From assembly GCA_903908495.1 (NCBI GenBank), contig CAIVSK010000266.1, positions 4,674 to 68,673 on the forward strand: a DNA stretch of 64,000 nt, written 5' to 3'. Source of the DNA: Akkermansiaceae bacterium (GTDB taxonomy: Bacteria; Verrucomicrobiota; Verrucomicrobiia; Verrucomicrobiales; Akkermansiaceae). The translations under genes and the position numbers were made by a program. This document shows positions 58,121-64,000 of the stretch, one piece after another. Position 1 is the first letter of the stretch. Every line of letters begins with the position of its first letter. The notes under the pieces are model-generated. The model did no database searches. It was not told the origin of the DNA and worked only from the letters and a program-made list of their open reading frames with translations.

Positions 58121-58250
58121 AAAAGACAGAAGACTTTGAGACAGAAGACAGAAGACAAGAGGAAGAAGCGCCATGCTCGGCCCAACGGCTCTGATCTTGT
58201 CTTGGAGCGCAGCGGTCTTCTGTCTTGGAGCGAAGCGGTCTGGAGTCTTC
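58121..58250. repeat. AAGAC/GTCTT period-7 modules forming an inverted repeat, plus a 21-23 nt direct repeat
   Basis: AGACAGAAGAC occurs three times between 58124 and 58156. The complement GTCTTCTGTCTT is at 58215-58226. CTTGTCTTGGAGCGCAGCGGT / CTTCTGTCTTGGAGCGAAGCGGT are direct repeats at 58196-58239. The whole block fills the ybaB-polX spacer. Confidence 0.8.
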
Positions 58251-58557
58251 ATCCCATTCCCGGGATGTTGAGGCCGCCGGTGAGTTTTTTCATTTCGGCG
58301 GCGGCTTGTGCCTTGCCCTTGGCGATGGCTTCCTGGACGGCCTTGAGGACGAGGCCTTCGAGGAACTCGGCGTCGGCGGGATCGATGACAGCAGGGTCGA
58401 TTTTGATCGACAGGACATCGCCGGCACAGGTGGCGGTGACTTTGACTTTGCCGCCGGCCACGGAGGCATCGACGATCTGGATGGCGAGTTCTTCCTGTTT
58501 GGCGGCAAGCCCGGCTTGCATCTGCTGGGCTTGTTTCATGATTTTGGCGAGGTTCAT
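58249..58557 (-). CDS. ybaB: Nucleoid-associated protein YbaB/EbfC
   Basis: MNLAKIMKQAQQMQ..VDASVAGGKVKVTATCAGDVLSIKIDP.. 102 aa. Confidence 0.93.
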   Translation of the reverse strand: MNLAKIMKQAQQMQAGLAAKQEELAIQIVDASVAGGKVKVTATCAGDVLSIKIDPAVIDPADAEFLEGLVLKAVQEAIAKGKAQAAAEMKKLTGGLNIPGMG

Positions 58558-58567
58558 AGGGGCGGGG

Positions 58568-60223
<1,656 letters not shown>

Positions 60224-60346
60224 GGGGGGATTGTAGGGATGCGGGCCGGTTTGTCATGACTCAGTTTGCAGGAAATGGAAAATTCTTTGCGTGGCGGGCT
60301 TGGCTGGCGGCGGCGGCGGGTGTATTTCCGGCCTGTGAACGAACCA

Positions 60347-60820
60347 ATGACGGTGCCGACCGCGGCCGAGAAACGCCGACTCTACGCGCAAGCCGCCCTG
60401 CGGATCGGCGGCCTGGTGGCCGCTGAGCCGGACCGGATCGCCCGCATGGCGGGGGTGACGGCGGTCCTGCACGGGCTGATGCCGCACTTTTATTGGACGG
60501 GATTTTACCGGGTGAGCGGTGCCTCGCTGGTGATCGGGCCCTACCAGGGGACCCCGGGCTGCAGCCGCATCGGGTGGGGACGCGGCGTCTGCGGCACCGC
60601 TTGGGCCACAGGGGAAACCCAGGTGGTGGGGGATGTGCACGCGTATCCCGGCCACATCGCCTGCGACGCCCAGTCGGCCAGCGAGGTGGTGGTGCCCCTG
60701 CGCGATGCGCAGGGGCGGGTGGTGGCGGTGTTCGACGCCGATGCCCGGGTGGCCGGGGCGTTCGACGCGGTGGACCGCGAGGAATTGGAGGCCATTTTCG
60801 CGAATTGGGGCGAAATTTGA
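60347..60820 (+). CDS. GAF-domain free methionine-(R)-sulfoxide reductase-like protein
   Basis: ..FYWTGFYRV..LVIGPYQGTPGCSRIGWGRGVCGTAW..HIACDAQSASEVVVPL.. matches the fRMsr/YebR pattern. Start at ATG 60347. Confidence 0.8.
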   Translation: MTVPTAAEKRRLYAQAALRIGGLVAAEPDRIARMAGVTAVLHGLMPHFYWTGFYRVSGASLVIGPYQGTPGCSRIGWGRGVCGTAWATGETQVVGDVHAYPGHIACDAQSASEVVVPLRDAQGRVVAVFDADARVAGAFDAVDREELEAIFANWGEI

Positions 60821-60865
60821 ACGGCGCGGGGCGATGGCACAGTAGAAATCCCCTAAACTGCTATC

Positions 60866-61891
60866 ATGAAATCGATCCAACCCGTAGTGATCCTCCTGGC
60901 TATCCTTGGCACCCTGACCCCGGCTGTCAGCCTGGCGCAGGCAGACGCGCCCAAGCCGCTTCCGACCCTGTCCGAATCGTTGAAGGACCTCAAACCCGCA
61001 GTCCGGCAGTTGTTCGACGAACCGATGCGCGATCCGTCCATCTGCCTCGGCCCCGACGGCACGTATTATCTGACCGGGACCAGCGAGCCGTTCTGGGGAT
61101 TCAACAACGCCAATGGCATCCGGGTCTGGAAGTCCAAGGACATGGCGAAGTGGGAACCTCTGGGCACGGTCTGGCGGTATGGCGACAGCCCGTGGCACAA
61201 GCCCTACCTAGAGGCCAAGAAGCCGCTTTGGGCCCCGGAAATCCACTATAAAAAGGGCACCTTCTGGTTGACCTACAGCATGCCGGGTTGGCAGGTGGGC
61301 GACCATTACGAGAACTGCGGCAGCGGCCTTCTCAAGAGCACCAACGGTAAGCCGGAGGGTCCATACGTCGATGTGTCCCCTAACGAACGCCTCGGCGACG
61401 AGATCGATGCCTCGCTCTTCGAGGACAGCGACGGCACTCTCTATTTTGTCTGGCATTGCGGCAAGATCCGCAAACTCAAGTCAGACCTGACGGGGCCCGC
61501 CGAGCCGATGCGGAAACTGACGCTGAGCGTCCCCGACCCGGACCCCGGCCACCACACCGGCCTGTGCGCGATGGTGCACGGGAAGGATTCCTTCGACCAC
61601 ATCGGTTACGAGGGAGTTTTCCTGCTCAAGACCGGCGACACGTATGTTCTCTCCGGCTCCGATCTCTACGAGGGCAAATACACGTGCTGGGTCGCCACTT
61701 CGAAGAACCTTTACGGCCCCTACAGCGCCCGCTATCCGGCCATCCCGTTCGGCGGGCACAACATGTTCTTCAAGGACAAGGAGGAAAAATGGTGGTCGAC
61801 CATCTTCAACGGTCCGATCAACGAGAGACCCTGCGTTCTGCCGGTCAATATCCAACCCAATGGTCAGGTTTCGTTGCGCATGGAACCATGA
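60866..61891 (+). CDS. Glycoside hydrolase family 43
   Basis: Signal peptide, then ..MRDPSICLGPDGTYYLTGT..PLWAPEIHY..FEDSDGTLYFVW.. five-bladed propeller signatures. Confidence 0.85.
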   Translation: MKSIQPVVILLAILGTLTPAVSLAQADAPKPLPTLSESLKDLKPAVRQLFDEPMRDPSICLGPDGTYYLTGTSEPFWGFNNANGIRVWKSKDMAKWEPLGTVWRYGDSPWHKPYLEAKKPLWAPEIHYKKGTFWLTYSMPGWQVGDHYENCGSGLLKSTNGKPEGPYVDVSPNERLGDEIDASLFEDSDGTLYFVWHCGKIRKLKSDLTGPAEPMRKLTLSVPDPDPGHHTGLCAMVHGKDSFDHIGYEGVFLLKTGDTYVLSGSDLYEGKYTCWVATSKNLYGPYSARYPAIPFGGHNMFFKDKEEKWWSTIFNGPINERPCVLPVNIQPNGQVSLRMEP

Positions 61892-61930
61892 ACCCGCACC
61901 TTCACCCAGCCGGACAAGCGGTTGGGCCGT

Positions 61931-62040
61931 GCAGATGTGGACTGCGGTGGCAAGCGCGGCGCGACACCGCTTTGGCTGCGCATGGGCAGCGCAAGTGTGG
62001 ACTGCGTGTGGCAAGCGCCAGCGCGACACCGCTTTGGCTC
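61931..62040. repeat. Repeat family 2, two tandem copies (inverted relative to 56289 and 62168)
   Basis: GCAGATGTGGACTGCGGTGGCAAGCGCGGCGCGACACCGCTTTGGCTGC followed by GCAAGTGTGGACTGCGTGTGGCAAGCGCCAGCGCGACACCGCTTTGGCTC. Confidence 0.8.
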
Positions 62041-62167
62041 GATCGCGGCGCGCCCTGCGGCCTCGACCAGGGCCGGTCCGTCATCAAGCCTCCGCATTCC
62101 CCAGCCAGAGCGATGGGTAAGCGCGAGACGGCTTGGACCTAGCGGGATCCCCGGCTCTCTTTCGGCT

Positions 62168-62219
62168 GAGCCAAAGCGGCGTGGCGGGCTTGCGCCCTTC
62201 CCGCCGCACTCCACACATC
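62168..62219. repeat. Repeat family 2, diverged copy in opposite orientation
   Basis: GAGCCAAAGCGGCGTGGCGGGCTTGCGCCCTTCCCGCCGCACTCCACACATC. Its GAGCCAAAGCGG arm is the perfect complement of CCGCTTTGGCTC at 62029-62040. Confidence 0.7.
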
Positions 62220-62330
62220 GGCTCGCGCAGGGGCGGCGCATTTTTGGGCAGCGCAGGGGGCCGCAGGGAGGAGTGCGGAGTTTCTCGGATGGGGGTTGAT
62301 GCCCGGCGCGTTCCTGCTAAAGTCCGGCCT

Positions 62331-63926
62331 ATGGGCAACTTGCGCAACTTGCTGTTGGGTGGCAACCGAGGCGTTTCAAACCGCCAGCGGCGTGGCTTTC
62401 CGTGGCTGCGTGCGGGCTGCCTGCTGCTCGCCTGCGGGCTGCTCGGGTTGTTGTTCACCTCCATTCCTGGAAAAATCAAACGCGGCCTGCGGGAAATCAT
62501 CGCCCCCAAACCGCTGGTCATCGCCGCCGATGAAGCCGACCTCCGGCGCCAGATCGAGTCGCGCCTGCGCAGCGAAATGGAGGAAAAACTCGACCTGGAA
62601 CTCGCCGCCATGCGCAAGGCCACGGCTGCGCCTGCCACCAAGGAACCCGACAAGCCCAAAGACGAGACCGAGGACGCCGCGCCGCCGGTGCTGCCCAGCC
62701 TGCCGGGCGCGGTGAGCGACGTGCGCTTGCTGCGCTCGGGCATTCCGTTCAAGACCGAGATCAAGCTCGTGAAAGGCGGCATCGCCTCCAAGGAACGCGT
62801 CGATGCGGCGAGCTACACCGCTTTCTATCAACTCAGCCTGCGCCTGCCCGCCGCCGCCGCCACCCTCGCTGAACTCGAGTCATCCAATCCCAAACTTTCC
62901 AAGCTGTTGCCGGGCTTGCCCGCGCTGCTCGCCAACGCCGAGGTGTCCGCCTGGTACGGCAAGTTGTATGATACCAAGACGGCGCGCGTCCGCAAGGAGG
63001 CCACGCTGCTGAATGAGATCCTGACAAAACATAACTTCTTCGACTGCGAAACCATGCTCAATTTGCGCGCCGACAACGGCCGGCGGGTGTTCTATCTGCA
63101 GGCGGACATGGATGTGGTTTCGGACGGTTCCGACGGCGACCGCCTCGCGGCGATGCCGGAGGCCATCGTCACCTCGGCGCACTATCAGCCGTTCACCAGT
63201 TATGGGTGGCCGAAAAAATCCGCGGTGCCCAATCCGATGGTGGCCGGTTGGGAGCGCCGGATCAAGGATGCGGAAAAGGAACTCGCCGAGCGCGCAACCC
63301 CGGCCGAGCGCAAAAAATGGCTGCGCGAGCGCATCGCCTATCTCAAGCGCGGCGTGGCGGACCTGAAATCCCGCAGCTTCCTCATTGGCGAACACGATCC
63401 GTTCATCGTCGTTCCCGTCACCCTGCTGGCCGCCAAAAATGACCCGTTCGCTCCCAAGGTCGGAGACTTCGCCGTGGTCGTCCATGGCGAAAAACTCTAT
63501 CCGGCCATCGTCGGCGATGGCGGCCCGGGCTACGTCGTCGGCGAAGCGTCACTGCGCATGGCCCAACAAATCAACCCCCGTGCTTTATCTAACAACAGGC
63601 CGGTGTCCGATCTGAAGGTCGCTTATGTGATCTTCCCCGGCAGCGCCGACCCCGAGCGCGGGCCACCGGACTACGCCAGATGGCGTCAGCGCTGCTACGA
63701 GCTCCTCACCGAAATCGGCGGCATCGGCTCGGGCTACACGCTGCATGAATGGCAGGACACCCTGCCCAAACCCATCCCGCCTCCCGTGGTGCCTCCCGTG
63801 GTGCCGCCCGTGGTGCCTCCCGTGGTGCCGCCCGTGGTGCCTCCCGTGGTGCCGCCTCCCGACGGCGCCCCGTCAACTCCCAATCCACCGCCGACTCCGG
63901 CCGCACCTGGCCCGGCGTCGCCCTAA
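62331..63926 (+). CDS. Membrane-anchored protein with a GH75 (chitosanase-like) domain and a proline-rich C-terminal repeat
   Basis: The ATG at 62331 precedes a TM helix (CLLLACGLLGLLF). ..LQADMDVVSDGSDGD.. and ..GDFAVVVHGEKLYPAIVGDGGPGYVVGEASLRMAQ.. resemble the fungal/bacterial GH75 signature blocks, from memory. The C-terminus is (PPVV)x6. Confidence 0.65.
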   Translation: MGNLRNLLLGGNRGVSNRQRRGFPWLRAGCLLLACGLLGLLFTSIPGKIKRGLREIIAPKPLVIAADEADLRRQIESRLRSEMEEKLDLELAAMRKATAAPATKEPDKPKDETEDAAPPVLPSLPGAVSDVRLLRSGIPFKTEIKLVKGGIASKERVDAASYTAFYQLSLRLPAAAATLAELESSNPKLSKLLPGLPALLANAEVSAWYGKLYDTKTARVRKEATLLNEILTKHNFFDCETMLNLRADNGRRVFYLQADMDVVSDGSDGDRLAAMPEAIVTSAHYQPFTSYGWPKKSAVPNPMVAGWERRIKDAEKELAERATPAERKKWLRERIAYLKRGVADLKSRSFLIGEHDPFIVVPVTLLAAKNDPFAPKVGDFAVVVHGEKLYPAIVGDGGPGYVVGEASLRMAQQINPRALSNNRPVSDLKVAYVIFPGSADPERGPPDYARWRQRCYELLTEIGGIGSGYTLHEWQDTLPKPIPPPVVPPVVPPVVPPVVPPVVPPVVPPPDGAPSTPNPPPTPAAPGPASP

Positions 63927-64000
63927 CGGCGGGGGCGCTCCTGTCGCCGGGTAAATGAACAGCCTGGATTGAGCGATCTGCTCTATTGTGTCACGGGAGG

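Overview
This is a high-GC (about 65%) bacterial chromosomal segment. It most likely comes from a Verrucomicrobiota (Opitutales-like) genome. That inference rests on a giant autotransporter-associated beta-strand-repeat protein, a planctomycete/verrucomicrobial-type ECF sigma remnant and a TGTTC-N4-GAACA SOS box.

I support about 48 protein-coding genes:
- Carbohydrate-active enzymes: GH78-like, GH95, GH43 and GH75-like.
- accD, a CDGSH protein and ilvD.
- A LexA-box-preceded imuA-imuB-dnaE2 mutasome cassette.
- A PccB/PccA-type acyl-CoA carboxylase pair.
- A four-gene MacAB-TolC-type efflux operon.
- A complete atpBEFHAGDC operon.
- hup, pcm, polX, ybaB and dnaX.

I saw no rRNA, tRNA, CRISPR array or intact mobile element. 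All searching was by eye, so small RNAs cannot be excluded.

Content that ordinary annotation would not explain:
1. A roughly 2 kb low-GC islet holds a truncated C5 DNA methyltransferase. It is translationally coupled to a DUF3883-like nuclease and followed by a DUF4928/PstI-like endonuclease.
2. The pentamer CTAAC/GTTAG is strongly over-represented. It is written into genes with otherwise rare codons and is about three-fold denser in an 18 kb block (21.9-39.8 kb).
3. Two families of REP/MITE-like palindromic repeats are present. One copy sits in frame inside dnaE2, and a decayed IS200/RAYT-like transposase fragment lies elsewhere in the window.
4. Period-7 tandem repeat arrays occupy intergenic spacers, including (ACTGACA)x10 plus a C11 tract between atpD and atpC.
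5. A chimeric gene remnant joins an ECF sigma N-terminus to a surface-protein C-terminus.

Many long overlapping ORFs in the supplied track are high-GC artefacts and were not called.
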